Under the pieces are notes generated by a model, which saw only the letters and a program-made list of their open reading frames with translations, made no database searches and was not told the DNA's origin. Position numbers and translations under genes: made by a program. Of a DNA stretch of 63,337 nucleotides, positions 1 to 9,954 are shown one piece after another (within the stretch, counting starts at the first letter, position 1; each line of letters begins with the position of its first letter). This stretch comes from an uncultured Algimonas sp. (GTDB lineage Bacteria; Pseudomonadota; Alphaproteobacteria; Caulobacterales; Maricaulaceae), in assembly GCA_964490745.1 (NCBI GenBank), contig CAZBDT010000001.1, positions 1 through 63,337 of the forward strand, read 5' to 3'.

Positions 1-394
1 CAATATAGGTGAAGCTGACAAAGAGTGCGCAGAGTACGGCGATGACTCGCGCGGCTTTAGAATAATACCGGTCGCCGACAAAATCCGGCACCGTGAACTT
101 CCCGAATTCCCGTAGATAAGGCGCGAGGAGCAGCGCCAATAAGACATAACCGCCCGTCCAGCCCATGAGGTAAACAGACCCGCCATATCCCAGGAAAGCA
201 ATTAATCCCGCCATAGAGAGGAAGCTGGCGGCGCTCATCCAGTCTGCGCCTGTGGCCATCCCGTTTATGATCGGATGGACGTCATGTCCGGCGACGTAAA
301 AGTCTTCGGTTGATCCGGCCCGCGCCCGGATCGCAATAAAAATATAAAGTCCAAATGTCGCGACGACCCAGAATATGGTCCAAGGCTCAACCAT
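1..394 (-). CDS. Sodium:solute symporter, ActP/VC_2705-like (5' part; runs off the left edge of the window)
   Basis: Not in the ORF track. Manual translation from ATG at 394 gives [36 protein letters not shown]...[20 protein letters not shown]...[33 protein letters not shown], typical SSS/ActP motifs. It directly follows a DUF4212-type small gene. Confidence 0.9.
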   Translation of the reverse strand, partial: MVEPWTIFWVVATFGLYIFIAIRARAGSTEDFYVAGHDVHPIINGMATGADWMSAASFLSMAGLIAFLGYGGSVYLMGWTGGYVLLALLLAPYLREFGKFTVPDFVGDRYYSKAARVIAVLCALFVSFTYI

Positions 395-397
395 GAC

Positions 398-676
398 TTA
401 CCCCTTGATCCCGTATTTTTTCTCAAGCTGAGTCATGCGAATGCAGTAGATAACGATGAGCACAAGAAAGATATAGATGGAGCCATTTTGCGCCATCCAA
501 AAACCAAGCGGGGCGCCGCCGACACTGAAATTATCCAGCCACTCACGAAATAAGATTCCGGCACCGAATGAAGCGGCAAACCATATGATAAGGAGAGAAA
601 TTGTCAGGCGCAGCGTCGATCGCCAATAGGCTTTTTGATCAGCTTCACTCGGTCCGCCATTGATCTTGTCCGACAT
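398..676 (-). CDS. DUF4212-type small membrane subunit of solute:sodium symporter
   Basis: 92 aa, two TM segments, YWR...L and PLGFWMAQNGSI motifs; lies immediately upstream of the SSS gene. Confidence 0.85.
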   Translation of the reverse strand: MSDKINGGPSEADQKAYWRSTLRLTISLLIIWFAASFGAGILFREWLDNFSVGGAPLGFWMAQNGSIYIFLVLIVIYCIRMTQLEKKYGIKG

Positions 677-839
677 AATCTTACCTTTTTTTAAAAGAAC
701 GATAGGCGGACGGTATTAGAATGCAAGTCTCGTGAGGATTGAGTATAAGCCAAGGTTATCCTTCACAACCCTAGTTAAATAAAACCTATGAAACATCATC
801 ATAATTTTGAGAGATCAATTTTTAATGCGGGATTAAAAC

Positions 840-871
840 AAAAAAAAAGGGACAGGCCGAGACCTGTCCCT
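840..871 (-). terminator. Rho-independent terminator after kdgK
   Basis: Stem AGGGACAGG (848-856) / CCTGTCCCT (863-871) with an A-run on + (U-tract on -). Confidence 0.85.
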
Positions 872-898
872 GATGTCTTTTAGAATTTTGTTTTCGAT

Positions 899-1936
899 TT
901 AGCGTTGGACGCGACCTGAACCATCGCCGCCCATCAAGGCTTCGACCTCTTTGCGATTGACGCGGTTGAAGTCACCCAAGATGGAATGTTTCAACGCACT
1001 TCCCGCCACAGCAAACTCAAGACTTTGCTGACGATCTTCATAGAGGTTTAGACCTGCGATGAAGGCTGACGCAAAACTGTCACCACCCCCGACGCGGTCC
1101 ACAATATCTGTCAGCTCATATTTCTTGGAAGACAGGAACCCATTTTCGCGGTCACGCATACAGGCGGACCAGCCATTAATATTGGCGTTCACAGCCGCAC
1201 GCAATGTGATCGCGATCGTCGACATGTCCGGATAAATATCGAGCACTTTCTGAGACAGCTCTTCGTATTTTGATAGGTCGAGATGGCCGCTGCCGCTTTC
1301 GACATCAACATCGACAGAAATGCCGAGAGACTTCTGGCAGTCTTCTTCGTTCGCAATCCCGACATCGACATATTTGACGAGGTCTTGCATGACTTCCGGA
1401 GCGGTCTTGCCATATTTCCATAGCTTACCGCGGAAATTGAAATCGCAAGACACAGTCAGCCCGGCTTTCTGCGCTTCTTTCACACATTCCATGGAAAGGT
1501 CAGCAGAGCCCTGTGACAAGGCGGGCGTAATACCAGTGATGTGAAGCCATTTGGCACCTTTGAAAATTGTCGGCCAATCAAAATCACCGACTTTGGCTTC
1601 GCAGATCGAGGACGCCGCGCGGTCATAAATCACTTTTGACGGGCGTTGGTTCGCACCTGTTTCAAGAAAATAAATCCCAACACGGTCGCCTTGGCGTTTC
1701 ACATTTGAGGTATCAACACCAAGAGCACGAAGCGAGTTAATTGCGTTCTGTCCGATATCATTATCCGGCAAAGCGGAGATAAAACCAGCGTCTAAACCGT
1801 AATTGCAAAGCGATACGGCGACATTGGCCTCACCGCCGCCAAAGGTCGCTTCGAAAGCTGGGGATTGGAAAAAGCGCTCATAGCCATTCGTCCGCAGACG
1901 CAGCATAATTTCGCCAAAAGTTAGAAAATCAGACAT
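899..1936 (-). CDS. kdgK: 2-keto-3-deoxygluconate kinase (PfkB family)
   Basis: [32 protein letters not shown] and DRVGGGDSF motifs; next to eda and alginate lyases. Confidence 0.92.
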   Translation of the reverse strand: MSDFLTFGEIMLRLRTNGYERFFQSPAFEATFGGGEANVAVSLCNYGLDAGFISALPDNDIGQNAINSLRALGVDTSNVKRQGDRVGIYFLETGANQRPSKVIYDRAASSICEAKVGDFDWPTIFKGAKWLHITGITPALSQGSADLSMECVKEAQKAGLTVSCDFNFRGKLWKYGKTAPEVMQDLVKYVDVGIANEEDCQKSLGISVDVDVESGSGHLDLSKYEELSQKVLDIYPDMSTIAITLRAAVNANINGWSACMRDRENGFLSSKKYELTDIVDRVGGGDSFASAFIAGLNLYEDRQQSLEFAVAGSALKHSILGDFNRVNRKEVEALMGGDGSGRVQR

Positions 1937-1958
1937 AGGAAAGCCTCCAAATTAGAAA

Positions 1959-2588
1959 TTAGTGTTGGGCCAGCGCAATGGCGTCTTTTGCAAGCTTTGT
2001 GATGGCCGCAAAATCACCCGCCTCAATGGCATCTTTCGGTGTGAGCCAAGAGCCACCACAGGCGAGAACAGCCGGAACCGCGAGATAATCCGCCAAAGTC
2101 TGCGGGTTCACACCACCCGTTGGCATGAAGCGCACATCACGGAAAACGGATGAAAGTGCCTTCAGCATTTTTGGACCGCCGACGAGTGAGGCCGGGAAAA
2201 GCTTCACTGTGCGCAATCCCAAATTCCAAGCTTGTTGTAATTCTGTCGCTGTGGAAACACCCGGCAAGATCGGAATATTCGCGTCCTGAGCCACTTTGAC
2301 AGAGGCCGGATCCAAGCCCGGCGAGACGATAAAGCTCGCGCCGCGACGGATGACTTCTTGGCTTTGATCCGCACTGATCACGGTGCCTGCGCCGACATGG
2401 GCATGTGGGAATTCTTTGGCAATCACTTCCAAGCAATCTAATGCCGCGTCAGTCCGCAAAACAACTTCCAAAACATCCAAGCCACCTTCAAGCAGAGCTT
2501 CTGATATTTTCAGAGCTGTTTTTGGATCGTCGGATTGTACCAAAGGTACAACGCGTTTGCCTTCTAATGACTGTATAAGAGCGCTCAT
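1959..2588 (-). CDS. eda: KDPG/KHG aldolase
   Basis: LEVVLRT, VGAGTV, FIVSPG, KLFPA (Schiff-base Lys) and FMPTGG motifs. Confidence 0.93.
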   Translation of the reverse strand: MSALIQSLEGKRVVPLVQSDDPKTALKISEALLEGGLDVLEVVLRTDAALDCLEVIAKEFPHAHVGAGTVISADQSQEVIRRGASFIVSPGLDPASVKVAQDANIPILPGVSTATELQQAWNLGLRTVKLFPASLVGGPKMLKALSSVFRDVRFMPTGGVNPQTLADYLAVPAVLACGGSWLTPKDAIEAGDFAAITKLAKDAIALAQH

Positions 2589-2665
2589 TTTCTGTCCTTT
2601 TCATGACGCAATACAGAAAAAGGCGTGGGGTGGAGGCCTCCAAATCTTTCCCTGATATCTTCTTA

Positions 2666-2733
2666 TTGACAGTTCCATATTTGGAACTTAATTCCTTATA
2701 TGGAATAATGAGGATAAAAAGGCGTGCTGTCAA
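2666..2733. promoter_or_regulatory. Overlapping divergent promoters for eda-kdgK and the IclR gene, with two putative IclR operators
   Basis: TTGACA on + (2666-2671) and on - (2728-2733) flank two TTCC-N6-GGAA palindromes (AGTTCCATATTTGGAACT 2671-2688; ATTCCTTATATGGAAT 2691-2706). Confidence 0.6.
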
Positions 2734-2770
2734 TCCTTTTAACCCCTAAACCAGAGGAAAATACCAATCT

Positions 2771-3514
2771 ATGTCGTCTCTCGCCAATGGATTTAAAATC
2801 ATTGATGCCGTTGTGGCCCAGCAAGCCAAAGGTCTTACCTTTACTGAGATATTGACACGCACAGAGCTCCCGCGGTCCAGTGCCCATCGTTTGGTCAAAG
2901 AGCTGACAGGACTGAACCTACTCAGCTATGATGCCGAGACGAAAACCTATCGCGGCAGTTTTTCACTCGCGGCGATTGGGGCGCAGGTAACGTCCAATCT
3001 TGATATTCGGCGGACATGCCGCCCCGCTATGAAAGCCCTGCATGAGGCGCTGGGTTTTGTCGTGACACTCAGCATATGCGGAGAAGAGAGCGGGATTTAT
3101 ATTGATAAGATCGAGCCGCAAGATTTTGGCCTGCGATTGCATTCAGAAATCGGAAAGTCCTTTCCGCTCCATTGCACGGCCATGGGGAAAATTCATTTGG
3201 CCTTTGGGTCTGAAAATTTGCGCCAGCGCGTGTTTAGTCAGCCTTTGGAACGTTTTACCGAGACGACCATAACAAAGATTGACGCACTTCGAACCGAATT
3301 GAACCAAGTCCGGGCGCAAGGTTACGCCATTGACGATGAAGAAATCTCTCGCGGGCTGACCTGTATTGGCGCACCGATATTTGGATTAAATGGCGAGGTC
3401 ATCGCAGCCATGAGCCTGACCGCGCCGAGCCATGTTTATGAAAACGGCATAGCGGATAGCGTGATCCAAACCATATTGGATCACGCAAAACAGGCATCGC
3501 TCGTCTCAATCTGA
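2771..3514 (+). CDS. IclR-family transcriptional regulator (KdgR-like role)
   Basis: N-terminal HTH (LPRSSAHRLV); C-terminal PLHCTAMGK and GYAIDDEE...CIGAPIF; divergent from eda-kdgK. Confidence 0.92.
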   Translation: MSSLANGFKIIDAVVAQQAKGLTFTEILTRTELPRSSAHRLVKELTGLNLLSYDAETKTYRGSFSLAAIGAQVTSNLDIRRTCRPAMKALHEALGFVVTLSICGEESGIYIDKIEPQDFGLRLHSEIGKSFPLHCTAMGKIHLAFGSENLRQRVFSQPLERFTETTITKIDALRTELNQVRAQGYAIDDEEISRGLTCIGAPIFGLNGEVIAAMSLTAPSHVYENGIADSVIQTILDHAKQASLVSI

Positions 3515-3532
3515 GATTCTAAGCCTTTGAAT

Positions 3533-4345
3533 CTAAGCTTGGGCTGTGCGCGGGACCATGCGCAATTCATATTCTGCGAGGTCGCCAAATGTGATTGTGG
3601 ATTTTGTGCCGGCTTCTGATTGATGCACACCTGTAATGGCCCCGCTGGAGATCAAGCAGTTTTCAGGTAGATCAATTTGACCTTTAAACGCGATAAAATG
3701 ATTGAGAATAAAACGGAGCGCACCCAGCGGTCCGCCATCATCGGATTTGGGCGTGGACCGCCCGATTTCCTCATCATCAATCGTTAGCACAACCTCCAAA
3801 TCCGCCAAATTATCAAGCAGCGAAAGCGGCGCTTCGGGTCCGATCACCAACCCTGCATTATTGCCCAGGTCAGAGATGATCGAGCCCGGCCCCATATCAT
3901 TCACGCGTAAATTCGGAGAGCTGGCAATTTCAGCGCCCAGATAAATTTTCTCGATAAAATCGCGAGTTTGGTCGACAGTCTCCAAAGGCTGATCTAATTT
4001 ATCCAAATCTTTGAGTTGGAAGACGAGCTCGGCCTCATATGCCGCGAAGCCGCCCTTGAATACACTGACTTCAATGGAACCGTTATTCTCGACCTTATAT
4101 TGCTGATCGGCGAACATGGGGCCCGCCAGCCATCCGGTAGGAAATTGGCTTTGCCATTTGGCCGGAACACCGCCGACTTTAAAACCAATCAGATCAGAGC
4201 CCCAATCCGCAATTCCGCACATTTGCACGGCATAGGCTTTCTCTAAAGTCTCCGGAATCTCGCCAGGAAACTCCTCCAATAGCGTGCAACTTTTCCGCGC
4301 TTTGAGTAAAGCCGCGGATAAAGGTTGGGGGTCAAATTGTGTCAT
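3533..4345 (-). CDS. 2-keto-4-pentenoate hydratase-like protein (FAH superfamily)
   Basis: AYAVQ, GFKVG, EAELVF, EIASS, ISDLGNNAGLVIG and ISSGAITG motifs; 54 bp downstream of the PL17 gene. Confidence 0.8.
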   Translation of the reverse strand: MTQFDPQPLSAALLKARKSCTLLEEFPGEIPETLEKAYAVQMCGIADWGSDLIGFKVGGVPAKWQSQFPTGWLAGPMFADQQYKVENNGSIEVSVFKGGFAAYEAELVFQLKDLDKLDQPLETVDQTRDFIEKIYLGAEIASSPNLRVNDMGPGSIISDLGNNAGLVIGPEAPLSLLDNLADLEVVLTIDDEEIGRSTPKSDDGGPLGALRFILNHFIAFKGQIDLPENCLISSGAITGVHQSEAGTKSTITFGDLAEYELRMVPRTAQA

Positions 4346-4399
4346 ACCAAGCTCTGTCTTGCTCTAAGTGGTTAATTTAAATCTGTCCGAAAGCGCGCC

Positions 4400-6583
4400 T
4401 TAATTGGCGGCCTTTTGGGCGTCAGACGGGAAGAGTTTGAACGGTCCTGTCCATCGCATTTCCGTGCCCTCTACATCAACGCTATGCGTTCCGGAAGGAT
4501 TATCTTCTGCGCCAAGACCCAGCCCGACGCGTTGCCCATTTTTTGTCTCGATAAGGATAAATTCGGCAGCACCGGCTTCATAATGGGACACGGATTTAAC
4601 CTGACTATGGCTACCCAGCGTATATTCTAAAGTGGGATTATAATCACCATGCGGCTCGATCACCGAAACAAAAGCTGCGCCCTCATTAGTTTTTGCGCGC
4701 AACATAAATCCGGGTTCGGGCTTTAAATTAAAGTTCGGATCATTTGCCCCGATTTGCGTAAGGACGACCTTAGTATCGTCAGGAACAGAAGACGACACGG
4801 TGTAGAATTTTCTGTCGAGCAACCATGTGACTTGCGACAGACCGTCAACGGGCTCGGCCTCCGCCACCTTCCAAAGATATTGATAGCCGTTCTTTGTTCC
4901 CAATGGCGCACGAGAGAGCGGGTCCGCCGCGACGTCGAAATTCGTATCAATGAGGTGCCCATTATAATGGAACGGCAGGTCATAGCTGTGCGCCGTCTCG
5001 GCATGGGCCTCGACCAGATCAATAATGACAGGACCGTCAAACGCGGCGTCTTTGATAATCGCAACAGAGCGCCCAATGCGGACATCATCATAGGCCGTAG
5101 AAATTTCTGCCGATGTGAGTTTGACATTGGGTGTGTCGATAAAGTCAAAAACCTTGGGATAATTCTGATTCCCGATTTTCACGTCGCCGTCAAAGTGGCT
5201 GGTCTCGTCCACGACGAGCGCATTATGGGCGACAGTTTGTTTGGCATATTTATTATTTTCCGGCAGGTAATGCCCGCCATATTTGGCTTCAATATTTAAG
5301 AAACGCGCCGCGCCGTAATCGCGCAAAATTTCGTGCCCCGCATCATAGACAAGCAGGCCCATCTTATCAAAATGGCCGTGGCCCAGGCCTTGGGATGTAT
5401 TTTTGACAATGGCGGCCAAGCCTTTAGGATCGGCAGACGCCCGCAAAATGTCCAGCGCCCCCTCATCCCCATTTTGACCATCGCCCATACGCATGGATTT
5501 ATAATCAAAGGGCGTCGCTTTCCCGGCGGCCAGATCATTGGCGAGCTTGCGGCTTTCCGGTGTCAGAACAAACGTATCTTGTTCAGCCGCGATAGAGAGT
5601 AGCCCCGTATCCCCCGTCAGATCATAAGCAATCGCGACGCCGTGCAGCAGCTCATCCGTCTTAATCCCTTTTTCCTTAATCGCATCATTGATCGGGAAAA
5701 ACAGACCGCCATAATTTTGATGGATAAGACTGTAGATCGCTTTTTTGAGAATGCCGTCGCGTTTTTCAAAAATCTTGCGTTCCGGATTATTCTTCTCGAC
5801 GGCCTGCGCGAAGATCACGAAAGGCTTTAGCGCAAAGCGGTGATAATAGGGCCCTTCATTGTAATAGCCATCGGGTGAGAACAGGACCTCCATCTGTTTG
5901 AGGAAACCCGCCTCCCCCGATTTATCTAATCCGAGCAAAGCCTGTTCGACATATTCCTCATCCCCAATCGCATAACCGGTCAGTCCGACGGCCGCCGTTG
6001 CCCAGGTCCCGTGATTATGAACCTTGTTGAATGTCTCGGGCGCGCCAACAGAGAGGAAGTCAGCCATATTGCGCAGCAGGTCTGTTTCGATGTTTTGTCT
6101 CTGTGCATCCGAAAGCTTGTCTTTTATAGCGGCATAGGTCTGCGAGACATTTAAAAGAAACATACTCTCATTGAGGTTTTGCCAGAACATCCGCCCGGGA
6201 GATTGTTCTTTCTTGGCCGGATGCAGCCCCCAATTTGGATAAACTTTCGCATAGTCCAACATGGCTTGCGCAGCGAATTCGGCGTATTTTTCGTCACCCG
6301 TCAGCTTATAAAGTTGCCCAATATCATAGAGCAAAAACCCATTCGCTTTGTGAGTTTCATGGGTATAGCCACCACCCGGATCTTTAGGCACGGGAAGTGT
6401 AAGAGGCTGAGACATAGCCGCATCGACTCGTGTTTTGGCATTTTCCAGTGTGAGGTCGAATCCCGATTGTGTCTGCGACTGCACTTTGACTTGAATACCT
6501 TGATTTGCGCCCTCAGATAACGTCTGTGGGGCACATCCGACCAGCGTCAAGGCAGCCGTAAGTAATAAAGCCCGTCTCATCAT
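4400..6583 (-). CDS. Oligoalginate lyase, PL17 (alginate lyase + heparinase II/III domains), lipoprotein
   Basis: LVGC lipobox; WQNLNE, HNHGTW, EGPYY, GHGHFDK and DYGAARFLNIEAKYGGHYLPEN motifs. Confidence 0.92.
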   Translation of the reverse strand: MMRRALLLTAALTLVGCAPQTLSEGANQGIQVKVQSQTQSGFDLTLENAKTRVDAAMSQPLTLPVPKDPGGGYTHETHKANGFLLYDIGQLYKLTGDEKYAEFAAQAMLDYAKVYPNWGLHPAKKEQSPGRMFWQNLNESMFLLNVSQTYAAIKDKLSDAQRQNIETDLLRNMADFLSVGAPETFNKVHNHGTWATAAVGLTGYAIGDEEYVEQALLGLDKSGEAGFLKQMEVLFSPDGYYNEGPYYHRFALKPFVIFAQAVEKNNPERKIFEKRDGILKKAIYSLIHQNYGGLFFPINDAIKEKGIKTDELLHGVAIAYDLTGDTGLLSIAAEQDTFVLTPESRKLANDLAAGKATPFDYKSMRMGDGQNGDEGALDILRASADPKGLAAIVKNTSQGLGHGHFDKMGLLVYDAGHEILRDYGAARFLNIEAKYGGHYLPENNKYAKQTVAHNALVVDETSHFDGDVKIGNQNYPKVFDFIDTPNVKLTSAEISTAYDDVRIGRSVAIIKDAAFDGPVIIDLVEAHAETAHSYDLPFHYNGHLIDTNFDVAADPLSRAPLGTKNGYQYLWKVAEAEPVDGLSQVTWLLDRKFYTVSSSVPDDTKVVLTQIGANDPNFNLKPEPGFMLRAKTNEGAAFVSVIEPHGDYNPTLEYTLGSHSQVKSVSHYEAGAAEFILIETKNGQRVGLGLGAEDNPSGTHSVDVEGTEMRWTGPFKLFPSDAQKAAN

Positions 6584-8916
6584 TTCGACATCCCCTTATT
6601 CCCTTCCAACGTGGCGGTGTTTACTTCGTCACTATTTAATTCAACGATGCGCGGCGTGGCTGTGCCACCGAAATCATTTTTTAAAATGCGTGTTTTCGGC
6701 TCGCCAACTGTATGATCAACAATCACAGGGCGGGCGTCTTTGAAACGATTGCCTTCCAACAGCGTCACTTGCGCCCCGTGGAGGCGAAAACTTCCGCCTC
6801 TTTTATTGCGTTTATTATGACCGATTTTTTCAAAATTTGAATTGATCACTGTGACATGCGGGCCGAACGTGCTTTCATCCGTGCCGCCACGATAAACATC
6901 AACTATCGTACCACCAATATTGGTGAACTCCGAATCCGAGATCATGACATATTCTGCCGGATAGATACCGTTATCATCTAATTCACGGTCCAATCTCAAC
7001 ACATGTCCCGTGGCGTCAGACACCTTTACGCGTTCCAACGATATATGATTGGCAAAGGTCCCTTTGGCGGCTGAAATCACATCGAAAGAATGGTTGATAT
7101 CCAGATCTTCGAGGACGGTATCTACAATTTCCAGCCGATAATTTTTCAACATGGAATAGGGGCTGGTTCGGATCACGACATTGCCCGCACTGTCAGGCGT
7201 ATCTGCGCCGGAAATTGTCACGCCCTCCACACGCAAACTCCCGCCATCTTGTATTTGAAACAGCGCATCCCGCTCATAAAGAACCGTTGGGTTCCCAACC
7301 CCTTCAACTTTCAGTGTGTGCGGAATGGGAATCACGCGGTCGACAATATGCGTCCCAGCCAAGAGACGGATTATGTCACCATCTTCAGCCTGTGCAATAA
7401 GCTTTGCAACATTACCCTCACCGGGTTTAATTTCATGAATTTTACCAGAGCCAAATGCTGTCGCCTTGCCAGCCTTTGGATAATAGGACGCTCCGGTCTC
7501 ATCCGCTTGTGTCACAACGAGATCACGCGGCGCACCCACATCCATATCCCCAACGGGATAGAGCAATCCATTCTCGCCGCGTTCAAGCTTCACATCCCGA
7601 ACATCAAAAGAATCTGCGAGAGGTTCCAGCGCGACATTGCTTACATTACCTTGAAAGCTGATGCCCGACATGTCGTCATAAACGGTCATACTATTGCGTC
7701 CTTGACGATGGACGACCAGGTTATCCTCCATACGCGTATCTGTTGGCGGGGCGCTGCGTTCAGAATCACTACCCGCGCCGAGTTGGATATTATCACTATC
7801 AATAAGAGAGTTGTTCGTTATGACCGCCGAGATGACAGGATCGTAGCGATTGATCGGACCATTCGGAACGCCGTTCATCACAACCAACGCTCCGCCAAAG
7901 CGCGTGCCTGTCAGGCCTTCCATATAATTATCACGCACGGTTTGGCGCGCATTGATCACACGGAAACCACCTGTGTGATCTGCGCCCCCGCCCAAGAAAA
8001 CATTGCGCTCGATCAGGTTTCCATTGCCGTGACGTAATGTCAGCGTGCCGCGCGATTTATAAAAAGTGTTATTGCGGAACACATTCCCGCCGGATTTGGA
8101 AGACACAATTTCAACTTCACCGTCCGCGCGATCAAAATAATTATTCTCGACGAGAGTGAGACTATCACTACGGGAGTAATGGCTCGTGCCAATGCGCAAG
8201 GTCTCGCCACCGTTAGACCCTAAAATCGGACGAGGTCCGAAATAATTATGATCAATATGGTGATTATTTTCGCGGCTCTCTTCCGTATTCATCCGCACCG
8301 CCATGGTTACACCGCGATTGCGTTTATTGATCAGACTATTGTGATCGAAGCGATTATTCTTTCCGTACATCATCACCCAGAAATCTGAGGCTGTGCGTTC
8401 AGTCGGATTATAATCATCAATGACGACATTATGGACGCGGGAATGATTGGCGAGATGTTCTTTATTGCGGCGGAAGGAAATTACTTCGCGCGTGGGCGTA
8501 AACCCGTCGGTGAAAATTAGGCCCGACACATCCAGCCACTCGCCCGCTAAACGCAAATTGGATTGCCCGGTGAGAAAGACCTCCCCCGGTGTTTCCGCAC
8601 GCAAGCTTATTGGCGCCTGCTCAGTCCCTTCACCTGTGAACAGGATTTCGAAATTCTCCCAGCGTCCATTTGCCAGCACAATCGTGTCACCGGGTTTCAA
8701 AGATTTTACGGCCTCTGCATATTCCGCCTGGGTGGAGACTAAAATCTGTCCTTCTTCTTTCGTCTCAGCTAGGCTGATCGTTGATGTCTCAGAATTTGTA
8801 CTCCCAGGGGCGCATGCTATCAGTGCGGATGAGAGTAGCAAGGCCGTTGAGAGGCCAATGAATAATGATGAACGTTTAAATGCTTGCGTCGCGCTTAGGT
8901 GTGACGTCTGAGTCAT
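6580..8916 (-). CDS. Alginate lyase, PL6 (two beta-helix domains), lipoprotein
   Basis: LIAC lipobox; PGDTIVLANG, NGGETLRIG, EIVSSKS, TLRHG and DESTFGP motifs. Start placed at ATG 8916 rather than the ORF-track 8922; 4-bp overlap with PL17. Confidence 0.92.
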   Translation of the reverse strand: MTQTSHLSATQAFKRSSLFIGLSTALLLSSALIACAPGSTNSETSTISLAETKEEGQILVSTQAEYAEAVKSLKPGDTIVLANGRWENFEILFTGEGTEQAPISLRAETPGEVFLTGQSNLRLAGEWLDVSGLIFTDGFTPTREVISFRRNKEHLANHSRVHNVVIDDYNPTERTASDFWVMMYGKNNRFDHNSLINKRNRGVTMAVRMNTEESRENNHHIDHNYFGPRPILGSNGGETLRIGTSHYSRSDSLTLVENNYFDRADGEVEIVSSKSGGNVFRNNTFYKSRGTLTLRHGNGNLIERNVFLGGGADHTGGFRVINARQTVRDNYMEGLTGTRFGGALVVMNGVPNGPINRYDPVISAVITNNSLIDSDNIQLGAGSDSERSAPPTDTRMEDNLVVHRQGRNSMTVYDDMSGISFQGNVSNVALEPLADSFDVRDVKLERGENGLLYPVGDMDVGAPRDLVVTQADETGASYYPKAGKATAFGSGKIHEIKPGEGNVAKLIAQAEDGDIIRLLAGTHIVDRVIPIPHTLKVEGVGNPTVLYERDALFQIQDGGSLRVEGVTISGADTPDSAGNVVIRTSPYSMLKNYRLEIVDTVLEDLDINHSFDVISAAKGTFANHISLERVKVSDATGHVLRLDRELDDNGIYPAEYVMISDSEFTNIGGTIVDVYRGGTDESTFGPHVTVINSNFEKIGHNKRNKRGGSFRLHGAQVTLLEGNRFKDARPVIVDHTVGEPKTRILKNDFGGTATPRIVELNSDEVNTATLEGNKGMSK

Positions 8917-9016
8917 AATCAATCCCCAACATATTAGAGCCGCTTGCCTCAGTTTTTCCGAGGTCCTTATCCAGCAGTCTCTGATCTGTTAAGCACGATG
9001 CAGGCCGATCATGTCA

Positions 9017-9052
9017 ACCAATTAGTCGAACCAATTTCATTAATTGGTATAA
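9017..9052. promoter_or_regulatory. Cluster of ACCAATT/AATTGGT half-sites upstream of PL6 (putative FadR/GntR operators)
   Basis: accaattagtcgaaccaatttcattaattggtat; the same half-site recurs at 13.3-13.7 kb and 18.3 kb. Confidence 0.5.
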
Positions 9053-9060
9053 AGCGTCTT

Positions 9061-9807
9061 TTAAAGAAGCTGTTGGGAGAGCGTATAGCGAGATCGGCTC
9101 TCTGACGCTTTACGTTGCACCTCTGCATAGGCTTGCTCTTCAGACTCTTTCAGCAATGCATCAATGAGACGCGTGAAATGTTTCCGCATAGCGGCACGCG
9201 CGCCGGCCGAATCCCGTCGCTTGAGCGCATCTAAAATATCCGCATGCTCATCTTCGCGGTCGCTTCCATTTTTCGAGCAAGCTTTTTCATAGACTTTTTG
9301 GAGCTGCGCAGCTTCCGTGCGCATTTTCCAAAGACTATCAACAACGAATAAAATCGCATGATTTTTAGTAGACCTTGCAATGGTCAGGTGAAATTCTGCG
9401 TCGGCTTCTTCCGGCGTAAACTCGCCTTTGACTTTCCCATTCATGATATCGAGCAGATGTTCTAGATATTCCAACTCTTGCTCAGTAATCATAGAGGCCG
9501 CCAGAGCTGCCGACTCGCCTTCATAAAGTGCCCGCGCCTCAGTCAGTTCAAAGGGACCGACCTTGGGCAAACCATAAACCGGCAAATTGGTTTGATCGAG
9601 AACATAGACACCGGAGCCGACTTTAATTTCAACGCGGCCCTGTGCTTGCAACGCTATCTCCGCCTCCCGAATGGAGACGCGACTGACACCGAAACGCTTC
9701 GCCAATTCACGTTCACCCGGTAGGCGGGAGCCTGGCGGAAAGACGCCGGAATCGATCATCTCCAACAGCTTATTGGCAACAGTATGATAGAGTCTTTGCT
9801 CAGACAT
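9061..9807 (-). CDS. FadR/GntR-family regulator (alginate/uronate locus repressor)
   Basis: RLPGERELAKRFGVSRVSIREA...GSGVYV wHTH plus FCD domain (DAEFH, EH, H). Start placed at ATG 9807 (MSEQRLY). Confidence 0.92.
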   Translation of the reverse strand: MSEQRLYHTVANKLLEMIDSGVFPPGSRLPGERELAKRFGVSRVSIREAEIALQAQGRVEIKVGSGVYVLDQTNLPVYGLPKVGPFELTEARALYEGESAALAASMITEQELEYLEHLLDIMNGKVKGEFTPEEADAEFHLTIARSTKNHAILFVVDSLWKMRTEAAQLQKVYEKACSKNGSDREDEHADILDALKRRDSAGARAAMRKHFTRLIDALLKESEEQAYAEVQRKASESRSRYTLSQQLL

Positions 9808-9885
9808 ATTCCGGCCCTTTCGGCCCCACTTGAAAATCAACGTCTTATGCGAAGGAAAATACCATTTGTCTATACCGATTTACCG

Positions 9886-9916
9886 TTGACAGCGATGTCA
9901 AATTTATACCGGTATA
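9886..9916. promoter_or_regulatory. Two palindromes upstream of the GntR gene: TTGACAGCGATGTCAA (LacI-operator-like) and TATACCGGTATA
   Basis: 16-bp near-perfect palindrome at 9886-9901 with central CG; perfect 12-bp palindrome at 9905-9916. Confidence 0.4.
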
Positions 9917-9954
9917 GAACTCTCAGTTTTCAGCTTCCGCAATAAATCACAGAC

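Noticed and set aside
1-676. SSS transporter as the missing alginate-monomer importer
   Set aside because: Motifs and the DUF4212 partner point to the ActP-like monocarboxylate clade, and a strong terminator (840-871) separates it from kdgK
7090-8037. 315-aa + strand ORF (and similar antisense ORFs at 4754-5299, 34131-34844, 38712-39320 and 40218-40955)
   Set aside because: Each lies antisense within a well-supported gene and has no recognisable motif; they are shadow ORFs
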